Source: Erysipelotrichaceae bacterium (GTDB lineage: Bacteria; Bacillota_I; Bacilli_A; Erysipelotrichales; Erysipelotrichaceae). From it: a DNA stretch of 32,000 bases. The notes beneath the pieces were generated by a model. It was not told the DNA's origin and made no database searches. It was given only the letters and a program-made list of their open reading frames with translations. A program made the translations under genes and the position numbers. Location: contig OY781039.1 in assembly GCA_963676105.1 (NCBI GenBank), positions 750,001 through 782,000 of the forward strand. The letters run 5' to 3'. Within the stretch, counting starts at the first letter, position 1, and each line of letters begins with the position of its first letter. Positions 18,998 through 27,327 of the stretch are shown one piece after another.

Positions 18998-20625
18998 AAA
19001 CTCTCCTTATTCACCTTCTTATAATAGCGCATTTTATCATCATACATCGCATGATCCGCTAAATTTATCGCTGTTTCAAAGTCAATATTACTTTCTTTAT
19101 TGATCACAATTTTCCCAGAACTTGCGCTCAACTGAAAGCTTTCGACATCTAAGCTTTCAATTCCACTCAAAATCCGATTAATCATTTTATCTAAATCTTT
19201 TTCCGAAACATCAATACACATATATAAGAATTCATCGCCTCCTAAACGTATAAAGATGTCATCTTCTCTAAATTGAAAGACTTTTCTTAGACGTGAATTA
19301 AATTTATGAAAAAAATATTCATGAAGATAAAACCGCTTTTTAAAGCGAATATTTTGAATAATCGCTTGTGAGAATAAACGAATGGCTGTATCACCTGCTG
19401 CATGTCCATATTGATCGTTGATTTCTTTTAAACCATTTAAATCAGCATAGATAAGCGTTATCACATGATGATTATCCAACATTGAATTAAATCGTTCTTT
19501 GGCAATAGGCAAACCTTGAAGACGTGTATAAGCTCCTGTCATCTCATCATATTTTGTCAATGCTTCTTTATTTATGCGATTAATAAAGTAGAGATAGAGA
19601 ATTATAAGTAACGAATTAAAGAGGATAAAACTATAAATAATCGTATTACGATGTAAATCAAATAGATAATCAATAAAATTATCCCACGTTTTATAAGGCA
19701 GTATCGTCGCATCTACTTCAGAAATGACATACCAATTCTCACTTAAGCTCAATTGTGATTTATCTAAACGATTTAAATTAATTTCCAAATCATCATATTG
19801 AATAACGTGTGAAAAATAATATAGTTTCCCATCAGCTAATATCTCTCCTTCTCCACGACTTTTCATTTCATTAAATACTTCTTCGTGTAAAGTAGAAAAA
19901 TTCAAATTCTGATTAAACATAAAAGACCAATTGAGTTTTTCATCTTCTGTATTGATTAAAAATTCACCTTGATCGTTAACTAAATAAAATGCATCCGCAT
20001 GAGAAGGAACCATATCACTATATAAAGTCTCAATCAAACTATTAGCCGTATAATTTAAAACAATCATACCCAATAATTGTTGATCATCATAAATAGTTTG
20101 AGCATATCTCAACATTGGTTTAAATGGAATTTCAACTTCATTATTTTCAATGTTTAAATCAAAATTTGAAATATAAAACATTTTTTTATCTAAATTAATC
20201 GCATCGATAAAATAATTTCTGTTTGCTTTGTTTTGTAGAGCATCATCACTCACGATATAGGCACCTAAAGAATTGTAATTAACTCGCACTTTTTCTTGAC
20301 CACTTAAATCAATAAAGCGAATTTGATCATACACTTTTTTATTATCTGAAAACTTTAACCATACATCGAGTAGAATAGCTTCATTTTTATTATTGGAGAT
20401 TATTTGAAGATAGGTATCTTTAATAAACCCTAAATCATTTAAATTAGAACTAATTTGTGTATTAATATTTTTAACTGCTGCATCGATCACAACTTTTTCA
20501 TTTTGAAGATAATCGATTCTTGTTAAGTTGTTTTGTGACTTTTCAACACGATAAAAACCTACAGTACTTAATCCAGTGATAATAATTGTTAATAAAAGTG
20601 CCAAAATGAGGGCTTGTTTTCGCAT
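18994..20625 (-). CDS. Membrane sensor diguanylate cyclase (TM, ~300-aa extracytoplasmic Cache-like region, TM, GGDEF)
   Basis: 543 aa. N-terminal TM and a second TM (IIYSFILFNSLLIILYLYFI). The GGDEF domain has DEMTGAYTR, NDQYGHAAGD, I-site REDD and RLGGDEFLY. Confidence 0.85.
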   Translation of the reverse strand: MRKQALILALLLTIIITGLSTVGFYRVEKSQNNLTRIDYLQNEKVVIDAAVKNINTQISSNLNDLGFIKDTYLQIISNNKNEAILLDVWLKFSDNKKVYDQIRFIDLSGQEKVRVNYNSLGAYIVSDDALQNKANRNYFIDAINLDKKMFYISNFDLNIENNEVEIPFKPMLRYAQTIYDDQQLLGMIVLNYTANSLIETLYSDMVPSHADAFYLVNDQGEFLINTEDEKLNWSFMFNQNLNFSTLHEEVFNEMKSRGEGEILADGKLYYFSHVIQYDDLEINLNRLDKSQLSLSENWYVISEVDATILPYKTWDNFIDYLFDLHRNTIIYSFILFNSLLIILYLYFINRINKEALTKYDEMTGAYTRLQGLPIAKERFNSMLDNHHVITLIYADLNGLKEINDQYGHAAGDTAIRLFSQAIIQNIRFKKRFYLHEYFFHKFNSRLRKVFQFREDDIFIRLGGDEFLYMCIDVSEKDLDKMINRILSGIESLDVESFQLSASSGKIVINKESNIDFETAINLADHAMYDDKMRYYKKVNKESL

Positions 20626-20689
20626 GAATTACTCCCATTTCCCCATTTATATTGTAAACCTTTTCTATTATCGCAAGCGAATTTTTGTG

Positions 20690-20698
20690 TGCTATGAT
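20690..20698 (+). promoter_or_regulatory. Candidate extended -10 promoter (TGcTATGAT) for the FAD oxidoreductase gene
   Basis: tgctatgat at 20690-20698. The -35 is weak (atcgca, 17-nt spacing). GGAGG lies at 20713-20717 and the ATG at 20725. Confidence 0.4.
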
Positions 20699-20724
20699 TG
20701 ATTTGGCATTTTGGAGGTTATCTT

Positions 20725-22110
20725 ATGTCAAAGCATGTTGTGATTATTGGTGGTGGTATATCAGGATTAATGGCCGCAACCCGTTTAGTTGAATCCAATC
20801 AAGATTTTAAAGTCACTCTTTTAGAAAAAGGAGCTGATATTAAAAATAGAGTTTGTCCAATCATACAAGGCAAAGTTGAATCTTGTATTTCATGTGCCAC
20901 CTGTGGTGTCATGGAAGGCTTAGCTGGGGCTGGAGCTTTTTCTGATGGAAAATATATTATTTCTACAGAATACGGTGGTTGGCTAACTGATTTCTTAAAT
21001 CCAAATACTGTAATAAACTACATTGAACAAGCTGATCAAATCCTGCAAAAACATGGCGCCACACAAGAGCGTTATATGCCTAATGATGAACTTAAAACAC
21101 TTTGTTTAAAATATGATTTACATATGCAACAAGCACAGGTTAAACATTTAGGCACCGATGCCAACTATCAAACCATGATTCATATGGTCGATGCTTTAAG
21201 AGACAAGATAACACTCTTAACCCGTGCTAAAGTCACAGATGTAGATCCAGAAAACAAAACTGTCACTTATATCAAAGATAAAGAAATGCATAGCCTTCAA
21301 GCTGATGAAATCATCTTTGCGGTCGGTCGTGCTGGATCTTCCTTCTTTTCTACTTGGGCAAAGGAACATCAAATCCCTTTAACCAATAATCAAGTTGACA
21401 TCGGTGTCAGAGTAGAACTTCCTTATGAAGTTTGGAAACATTTCTCAGAAAAAATCTATGAACCTAAAATTTGGTATCGCTCTAAACAATATGGTGATCG
21501 TACACGGATGTTCTGTTTCAATGAAAGAGGTCATGTGGTTATTGAAAATACCGATGATATCTTAACCGTTAATGGACATGCCTTTAAAGAAGAGGATCGT
21601 AAAACACAAAATTCTAACTTTGCCCTTCTTTCAACGATTCGTTTCACAACCCCATTTGATGAACCTATTGAGTACGCAAAGATGATTGCTTCTTTAGGTA
21701 ATCGCATCTCAGGTGGTTCAGTCTTAGTTCAACGCTTTGGTGATTTAATCAAAGGACGCAGAACGGATGAGAAACGTTTAGCTCAAAATTCAGTCATCCC
21801 AACTCAAAAAGCGGTGGCGGGTGATTTATCCTTATGTATACCTAAAAGACAATTAGACAATATTATCGAAACCATACAAGCACTAGACAAAGTGGCACCC
21901 GGTACAGCCAATGCCGACACCCTTTTATACGGCGTTGAAACCAAGTATTATTCAGCTCGTCCTGAGACTAAAGATTTTGAACTTTTAAATCATGAAAATA
22001 TCTATGCAGTGGGTGATGGTGCAGGCTTTACGCGCTCATTATCACAGGCTGCCGCAAACGGTTTATATGTGGCCGATAAGATTATTGAAAAGTCTTTGAA
22101 AAATTCTTGA
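20725..22110 (+). CDS. NAD(P)/FAD-dependent oxidoreductase (COG2509-like)
   Basis: Start reassigned to ATG 20725, 7 nt after GGAGG; the track start at 20698 is a TTG with no RBS. Rossmann VVIIGGGISGLMAA, a Cys-rich CPIIQGKVESCISCATCG segment, and C-terminal YAVGDGAGFTR. Confidence 0.75.
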   Translation: MSKHVVIIGGGISGLMAATRLVESNQDFKVTLLEKGADIKNRVCPIIQGKVESCISCATCGVMEGLAGAGAFSDGKYIISTEYGGWLTDFLNPNTVINYIEQADQILQKHGATQERYMPNDELKTLCLKYDLHMQQAQVKHLGTDANYQTMIHMVDALRDKITLLTRAKVTDVDPENKTVTYIKDKEMHSLQADEIIFAVGRAGSSFFSTWAKEHQIPLTNNQVDIGVRVELPYEVWKHFSEKIYEPKIWYRSKQYGDRTRMFCFNERGHVVIENTDDILTVNGHAFKEEDRKTQNSNFALLSTIRFTTPFDEPIEYAKMIASLGNRISGGSVLVQRFGDLIKGRRTDEKRLAQNSVIPTQKAVAGDLSLCIPKRQLDNIIETIQALDKVAPGTANADTLLYGVETKYYSARPETKDFELLNHENIYAVGDGAGFTRSLSQAAANGLYVADKIIEKSLKNS

Positions 22111-22128
22111 AAATCTTATGAAAAGTCT

Positions 22129-22157
22129 TTGACTAAGATAAGTAGATTTGGTATATT
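22129..22157 (+). promoter_or_regulatory. Candidate sigma-A promoter for purA
   Basis: TTGACT (22129-22134), 17-nt spacer, TGgTATATT extended -10 (hexamer 22152-22157). Confidence 0.55.
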
Positions 22158-22172
22158 TACAAGTGTAAATTT

Positions 22173-22198
22173 GGACAGCACATGCTGTCCTATTTTTA
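22173..22198 (+). promoter_or_regulatory. Hairpin plus T-tract in the purA leader (attenuator, operator, or terminator of the upstream gene)
   Basis: ggacagca-ca-tgctgtcc (22173-22190) followed by tattttta. It sits between the candidate promoter and the purA RBS gggaggg (22204-22210). Confidence 0.4.
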
Positions 22199-22215
22199 TG
22201 AAAGGGAGGGTATTT

Positions 22216-23499
22216 ATGATTAAAGCTATCGTTGGCGCCAACTGGGGCGACGAAGGAAAAGGTAAACTAACAGACGTATTTGCAGAAACTGCAGATGTCG
22301 TTGTTCGATTCCAAGGGGGAAATAATGCTGGACATACCATCATTAATCACTATGGTAAGTTCGCACTCCATATGTTACCTTCCGGTGTGTTCTATAATCA
22401 CACCACAAACGTTATTGGAAATGGTGTTGCGCTGAATGTTAACGCATTTCTAAAAGAACTACAAAGTATTGTCGATGCAGGCGTACCAATGCCTAAAATC
22501 ATTGTCTCTGAAAGAGCTCAAGTGGTCATGTCTTATCATGTTCTCTTCGATAAGTTAGAAGAAGAGCGTTTAGGTAAAGCTTCCTTTGGGTCTACTAAAA
22601 GTGGGATTGCCCCTTTCTATTCAGATAAATATGCAAAAATTGGTTTCCAAGTTTCAGAATTATTTGATGAAAAATGGCTACATGAAAAAGTGGATCGTGT
22701 CTTAGGGATTAAAAACGCATTACTCGTTAACCTATATGCTCATGTACCACTCACACATGATGAAGTCTTTAATGAACTCATTGAATATCGTGAAGCAATT
22801 AAACCATTTGTGACTGATACGGTTAAATATTTCCAAGATGCGGTTGAAGAAGATAAAACTATCTTACTTGAAGGACAATTAGGTGCCTTAAGAGATCCTG
22901 ACTTTGGAATTTATCCGTATTCAACATCGTCTTATACACTCGCTTACTATGGTCCAATTGGATCAGGTATCCCTCACCCACTTAATGAAGTGTGGGCAGT
23001 TACTAAAGCGTATTCTTCAGCCGTTGGTGCAGGCCCATTTGTGGTCGAACTTGAAGGTGAAGAAGCTGATGAGTTAAGACGCAGAGGTGGAGATGCTGGT
23101 GAGTATGGCGCAACAACAGGTCGTCCTCGTCGTGTTGGTTACTTCGATGCGGTCGCAACACGTTATGGTTGTCAAGTTCAAGGTGCAACCAATGTTGCCT
23201 TAACAAACTTAGATGTTCTAGCTTACTTAGATAAAATTCCTGTCTGTGTTGCTTATGATACAGAAGGAAAACGTCGTGAACACTTCCCAAATATTACCCG
23301 TTTAGATGTATCTAAACCAATTTATGAATATTTCGATGGTTGGGGCACAGATATCACTGAAATCCGTGATTACAACGAACTACCTGAAAAATGTAAAGCT
23401 TATGTTGATGCTTTAGAAAAAATGATCAACGTACCTATTACCTTAGTATCTAATGGTCCTAAGCGTGATCAAATTCTCACTAGAGTTCCAAAAATTTAG
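22216..23499 (+). CDS. purA: Adenylosuccinate synthase
   Basis: Start reassigned to ATG 22216 (MIKAIVGANWGDEGKGK), 5 nt after GGGAGGG. Motifs GGNNAGHT, TTGRPRRVGYFD, SNGP. 427 aa. Confidence 0.93.
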   Translation: MIKAIVGANWGDEGKGKLTDVFAETADVVVRFQGGNNAGHTIINHYGKFALHMLPSGVFYNHTTNVIGNGVALNVNAFLKELQSIVDAGVPMPKIIVSERAQVVMSYHVLFDKLEEERLGKASFGSTKSGIAPFYSDKYAKIGFQVSELFDEKWLHEKVDRVLGIKNALLVNLYAHVPLTHDEVFNELIEYREAIKPFVTDTVKYFQDAVEEDKTILLEGQLGALRDPDFGIYPYSTSSYTLAYYGPIGSGIPHPLNEVWAVTKAYSSAVGAGPFVVELEGEEADELRRRGGDAGEYGATTGRPRRVGYFDAVATRYGCQVQGATNVALTNLDVLAYLDKIPVCVAYDTEGKRREHFPNITRLDVSKPIYEYFDGWGTDITEIRDYNELPEKCKAYVDALEKMINVPITLVSNGPKRDQILTRVPKI

Positions 23500-23506
23500 A
23501 TTTAAT

Positions 23507-23546
23507 AAAAAGTTCTAAGACTCATATGAATCCTAGAACTTTTTTT
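23507..23546. terminator. Bidirectional intrinsic terminator between convergent purA and cvpA
   Basis: aaaa-agttctaaga ... tcctagaact-tttttt. 10-bp stem with one mismatch, which is G-U on the minus-strand RNA. T-runs follow on both strands. Confidence 0.6.
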
Positions 23547-24366
23547 ATTTAATACCTAATTTATTAATAATTTCATCAATCTGTTCAGTACTTAAACCAA
23601 TCGTACTTAAGAAACTTGCGACATCTTCTTTTGTCCAACCTTCATCTTTAACATATTCAACGACGGTATTAATTTCATCTTGTGATAAAGCTTCTTGATT
23701 AATGAGTTTCTCAAAAGGTCCTTGAAGTTCTTCAGGTAAGCCTACTTGGGTATACCATTCAGGAATATTGATGAAGTCATCCGTTGTGATGCTTTCACCA
23801 TCCATGACTTTTTGAATAAGTCCACCTGTTTCAGTTTGGGCATAAATAGAATCTAGGGCATAATCAGTTAAATCTGTAATAGGCGCAAGATAAGATGCCT
23901 CAACCACACTTCGTCCATTGATAAATAAAGGACTACTTAAGACAAAGGTTGCGATAATCGCAATAATTAGTGGCGCAATCATCCCAAAGACTGCCCCTAA
24001 GAGTCGATTGAGTGTTTTCGCAATAGGAATCGCATGGATCGTTTTTGCGGCTGGTTTGACCACAAAAGTCATGATCACAGAGACAGCAATAAAAACCAAA
24101 ATATACCAAACGACCGTATTTGAAATTTGATGTAGACTATCTCCAATTAAAGGCGTTTGAAACCAGTCTAATGTCGATGGAATAATTGGAACGGTATTTG
24201 CGAGTTGTGGCGCAAATAACCAAGCTAAAACTAAAGAAGCCAGTAAGCTTACGATATCTAAAATCTGCGCAACAAGACCACGCATGTAGCCCATCACAAT
24301 GAAAAACGCAAAAACTGCGAGTATGATTATATTTAAAGTATCTGCAAAATTGTACGGTAATGTCAT
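23545..24366 (-). CDS. cvpA: CvpA-family membrane protein with acidic C-terminal soluble extension
   Basis: 273 aa. The N-terminal ~165 aa has 4 TM with a CvpA-like start (LNIIILAVFAFFIVMGYMRGLV). The C-terminal ~100 aa is hydrophilic. Confidence 0.72.
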   Translation of the reverse strand: MTLPYNFADTLNIIILAVFAFFIVMGYMRGLVAQILDIVSLLASLVLAWLFAPQLANTVPIIPSTLDWFQTPLIGDSLHQISNTVVWYILVFIAVSVIMTFVVKPAAKTIHAIPIAKTLNRLLGAVFGMIAPLIIAIIATFVLSSPLFINGRSVVEASYLAPITDLTDYALDSIYAQTETGGLIQKVMDGESITTDDFINIPEWYTQVGLPEELQGPFEKLINQEALSQDEINTVVEYVKDEGWTKEDVASFLSTIGLSTEQIDEIINKLGIK

Positions 24367-24424
24367 AATATAAACCTCACTGAAAGTTTACAATAAATCC
24401 TAATTTCTTTCTAGTAAAAGACGT

Positions 24425-24450
24425 TAAAAAAAGCGTAATTACTTACGCTT
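24425..24450 (-). terminator. Intrinsic terminator after cysE
   Basis: Minus-strand RNA AAGCGUAA-GUAA-UUACGCUU followed by UUUUUAACG. The stem includes the last codons and the stop codon. Confidence 0.65.
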
Positions 24451-24951
24451 TGAAATGAGTATTTTTGCAGGATTTCCGCCAACCGTTTGATTATCTTCAA
24501 CAGAGTGAAGTACCACCGCATTAGCTCCTACTTTGACGTTATTACCTAAAGTAATATTCCCTAAAACTTTAGCACCTGCGCCAACCATCACATTGTTTCC
24601 AATCGTTGGGTGACGTTTAACGTGTTCTGTGCCTCGACCACCTAATGTTACTCCATGATAAATTAAGCAATCATCCCCGATAACACTGGTTTCACCAATC
24701 ACAACACCCATGCCATGATCAATTAATAGACGCTTTCCGATAATCGCCCCTGGATGAATTTCAATCCCCGTTAATGAACGTGATAATTGAGAAATCAATC
24801 GAGCTAGAAAATAGAAATGAATCTTATAAAAGAAATGCGCAACACGATGTGTTAATACCGCATGATAACCAGGATATAATAATATAACTTCTAAAAGCGA
24901 ATGAGCCGCCGGATCTTGGCGTTTAATCGCTTTAGCTGTGTCAAAAAACAT
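24439..24951 (-). CDS. cysE: Serine O-acetyltransferase (short form)
   Basis: 170 aa. [22 protein letters not shown], hexapeptide repeats [33 protein letters not shown], and GGNPAK. Confidence 0.88.
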   Translation of the reverse strand: MFFDTAKAIKRQDPAAHSLLEVILLYPGYHAVLTHRVAHFFYKIHFYFLARLISQLSRSLTGIEIHPGAIIGKRLLIDHGMGVVIGETSVIGDDCLIYHGVTLGGRGTEHVKRHPTIGNNVMVGAGAKVLGNITLGNNVKVGANAVVLHSVEDNQTVGGNPAKILISKRK

Positions 24952-25749
24952 TTATTCTCCTAAAATCGTTTCAGCTAACCAATGGAAATCCTCAGAGTCA
25001 TAGGATTCAATATCCCCCGCATCAGCTAATTGTACAAGTTCTGGATCAATTGGTAATTGAGCCAAGAGTGGAATATCATAAGCAGCTGCTAAGCCTTCAC
25101 TCTTAGGTTCACCAAATGGGAATAAACGCTCCCCATTGTGTTCCATATAAGCCATATTTTCAATAATACCTAAAATAGGAACATTCATCTTATGTGCCAT
25201 CTCAACCGCTTTAGAAACAATCATCGTAACTAAGTCTTGCGGAGATGTGACAATAATAATGCCACTAATAGGTAATGATTGGAAAACAGTTAAGGCAATA
25301 TCCCCTGTTCCAGGTGGCATATCAACGACCATTAAGTCTAAATCACCCCATAATACTTCAGAATAGAAGTCTTTTACTGCATTGGTAATTAAAGCACCAC
25401 GCCATAAAATAGGTGTGGTTTCATTTTCAACCAACATATTAGAGGTCATGACTTTTACACCACGATCACTAATGGCTGGATCAATGCCTTCTTTAGTCCC
25501 AAAAACAGGATGATGAATATTAAAGAGATGTCCCATTGATGGACCAACAATATCTCCATCAATCACACCAACTTTATAACCATCTTTAGCCGCATGTGAA
25601 GCAAGCAAAGCCGCAACCGTAGATTTACCTACACCACCTTTACCACTAACTACTGCGATCATTTTTTTAACATTTGTACTTTTCTTAGCTCTTGTCTTGA
25701 ACGGGTCAAAGGCAGGATCTAAGTCTACTTTAATATCTTTTTCACTCAT
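24952..25749 (-). CDS. mrp: Mrp/NBP35/ApbC-family P-loop ATPase (cysteine-free)
   Basis: 265 aa. Deviant Walker A VSGKGGVGKST, then DMPPGTGD and IIENMAYME. No Cys anywhere in the protein. Its stop abuts the cysE start with no gap. Confidence 0.86.
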   Translation of the reverse strand: MSEKDIKVDLDPAFDPFKTRAKKSTNVKKMIAVVSGKGGVGKSTVAALLASHAAKDGYKVGVIDGDIVGPSMGHLFNIHHPVFGTKEGIDPAISDRGVKVMTSNMLVENETTPILWRGALITNAVKDFYSEVLWGDLDLMVVDMPPGTGDIALTVFQSLPISGIIIVTSPQDLVTMIVSKAVEMAHKMNVPILGIIENMAYMEHNGERLFPFGEPKSEGLAAAYDIPLLAQLPIDPELVQLADAGDIESYDSEDFHWLAETILGE

Positions 25750-25773
25750 TTTATAAACTCCTTTTGCCTGTGT

Positions 25774-25803
25774 ATTATACCCAAGTTATGTCACTTTTTC
25801 CAA
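25774..25803 (-). promoter_or_regulatory. Candidate promoter for the mrp-cysE operon
   Basis: Minus strand: TTGGAA (25803..25798), 18-nt spacer, perfect TATAAT (25779..25774). GGAG lies 8 nt before the ATG. Confidence 0.45.
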
Positions 25804-25813
25804 CAAAGTGATT

Positions 25814-25839
25814 AAAAAAGCACCTACAAAGTAGATGCT
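25814..25839 (-). terminator. Intrinsic terminator after the uracil permease gene
   Basis: Minus-strand RNA AGCAUCUAC-UUU-GUAGGUGCU (one G-U pair) followed by UUUUUUAAUC. Confidence 0.6.
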
Positions 25840-25867
25840 TGTGAATATTCTAATAAATTGTATGGAA

Positions 25868-27142
25868 TTAGTCTTCCATTGGAAGAATCAAGTTAAGCGC
25901 TACACCAACAATCGCCGCTAAAGCCGTTCCAGATAGAGATGCTAAACCAACCAGTTTAAACATTGCACCACCTAGTCCTAAAACCAACATACTTGCCGCA
26001 ATAATAACATTACGTCTTTGTCCAAAATCAACTTTTTCATCAATTAGAACACGTAAACCATTAGAGGCGATAAAGCCATAAAGTAGAATACTCATTCCAC
26101 CTAAAACAGCTGAAGGAATTGTTGAAATTAAAGCAGACATTTTTCCAATAAAACTAATCGCTATAGCTAATACCGCTGCACCACCAGTAACATAAACAGA
26201 GGCAACACGTGTTAATCCAATAACACCTGTATTTTCACCATAAGTCGTATTAGCAGGTCCACCTAAGAAACCAGAAATAGCTGTTGCTAATCCATCACCA
26301 ACTAAAGTACGATCTAAACCAGGATCTTTTAAGAAATTACGGTTACAGATTTTACCTAAAACAGTGTGGTCACCAATGTGCTCTGAAATCGTCACAATCG
26401 CAATCGGGACAATAACCCAAGTTTCAGGACCAAAATATAAAGAATAAGTCCCAAAATCACCAATTTGAAATGGGAAATAAAACTCAGGAACAGCTAACCA
26501 TGGAGCAGCCGCAACTGCACTAAAGTCTACCAATCCAAAAGCCACCGCTACTGCGTATCCACCAAAGATACCCATGATAAATGGCACTATACGTAAGAAA
26601 CCTTTTGCTAAGGTCATGACAGCAGCTGTAATCGCAAAGGTAATAATCGCAGTCCAGATAACTCTTGGATCACCACCATCCACAAAACCTGCAGATGACA
26701 CCGCTACGGATGCTAAACCTAAACCAATAATGATAATCATTGGTCCAATAACAATTGGAGGTAGTAGTTTATCAACCCAAGCCTTACCAATCACTTTAAT
26801 AACTAAAGCTACAATCACGTAAGTTAAACCAACTAAGATTAAACCTGTTTGTGCTGCCGAGATGTCACCGCCCATGCTTTCTTTTGCGATAATAACCGCT
26901 GAAATATAGGCAAATGATGAACCTAAATAAACAGGAACTTTAGCTTTTGTTGCCGCAATATAAATCAAGGTACCTAAACCTGATGCGAATAAAGCAACGC
27001 TAACTGGTAAACCAGTCAAGATAGGTACTAAAACAGTTGCCCCAAACATCGCAAATACGTGTTGGAAGCTAAGCGCAATCCAAGTACCTGTCTCAGGCTT
27101 ATCATGCACATCGTATAATAATTCATTCTTCTTATTACTCAT
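25868..27142 (-). CDS. pyrP: Uracil permease (NCS2 family)
   Basis: Start reassigned to ATG 27142 (MSNKKNELLYDVHDKP...) with GAGGAG upstream. The track's 16-codon extension runs through the attenuator terminator. NCS2 motifs QHVFAMFGATVLVP and TTYGENTGVIGLTRV. Confidence 0.88.
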   Translation of the reverse strand: MSNKKNELLYDVHDKPETGTWIALSFQHVFAMFGATVLVPILTGLPVSVALFASGLGTLIYIAATKAKVPVYLGSSFAYISAVIIAKESMGGDISAAQTGLILVGLTYVIVALVIKVIGKAWVDKLLPPIVIGPMIIIIGLGLASVAVSSAGFVDGGDPRVIWTAIITFAITAAVMTLAKGFLRIVPFIMGIFGGYAVAVAFGLVDFSAVAAAPWLAVPEFYFPFQIGDFGTYSLYFGPETWVIVPIAIVTISEHIGDHTVLGKICNRNFLKDPGLDRTLVGDGLATAISGFLGGPANTTYGENTGVIGLTRVASVYVTGGAAVLAIAISFIGKMSALISTIPSAVLGGMSILLYGFIASNGLRVLIDEKVDFGQRRNVIIAASMLVLGLGGAMFKLVGLASLSGTALAAIVGVALNLILPMED

Positions 27143-27175
27143 ACCCTTTTCTCCTCTTGCCAAAGCCACAATATA

Positions 27176-27284
27176 AAAGGACATTCTCATGCCCTTTTTA
27201 AGTAAAAGTATTGTCTTTACCTTATCAATCTCTCTGGATTGAATTAAAGGACTTCGCGCTAGTAAAAGTTTAGCACGAGGTCCT
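27176..27284 (-). promoter_or_regulatory. PyrR-type transcription attenuator in the pyrP leader
   Basis: Minus-strand RNA has the PyrR-binding loop CCUUUAAUUCAAUCCAGAGAGAUUGAUAAGG (27250..27220), matching the ARUCCAGAGAGGYU box. The terminator is AAAGGGCAU-GAGA-AUGUCCUUU + UAUAUU (27197..27176). A duplicated GUCCUUU (27253..27247 and 27182..27176) allows the antiterminator alternative. Confidence 0.72.
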
Positions 27285-27297
27285 CAGTGTGTAAATA

Positions 27298-27327
27298 GTT
27301 ATAAACCTAGTTATAAACAAATATCAA
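27298..27327 (-). promoter_or_regulatory. Candidate pyrP promoter overlapping the ChW gene stop codon
   Basis: Minus strand: TTGATA (27327..27322, contains the ChW TGA), 18-nt spacer, TATAAC (27303..27298). Confidence 0.4.

Noticed and set aside
22086-22132. A 14-nt direct repeat TGAAAAGTCTTTGA at 22086-22099 (last codons of the oxidoreductase gene) and 22119-22132 (intergenic, forming a mini-ORF ATG AAA AGT CTT TGA and overlapping the purA -35).
   Set aside because: It is probably a small duplication scar at the gene end. A 4-codon ORF without an RBS is not credible as a gene, and I see no further copies.
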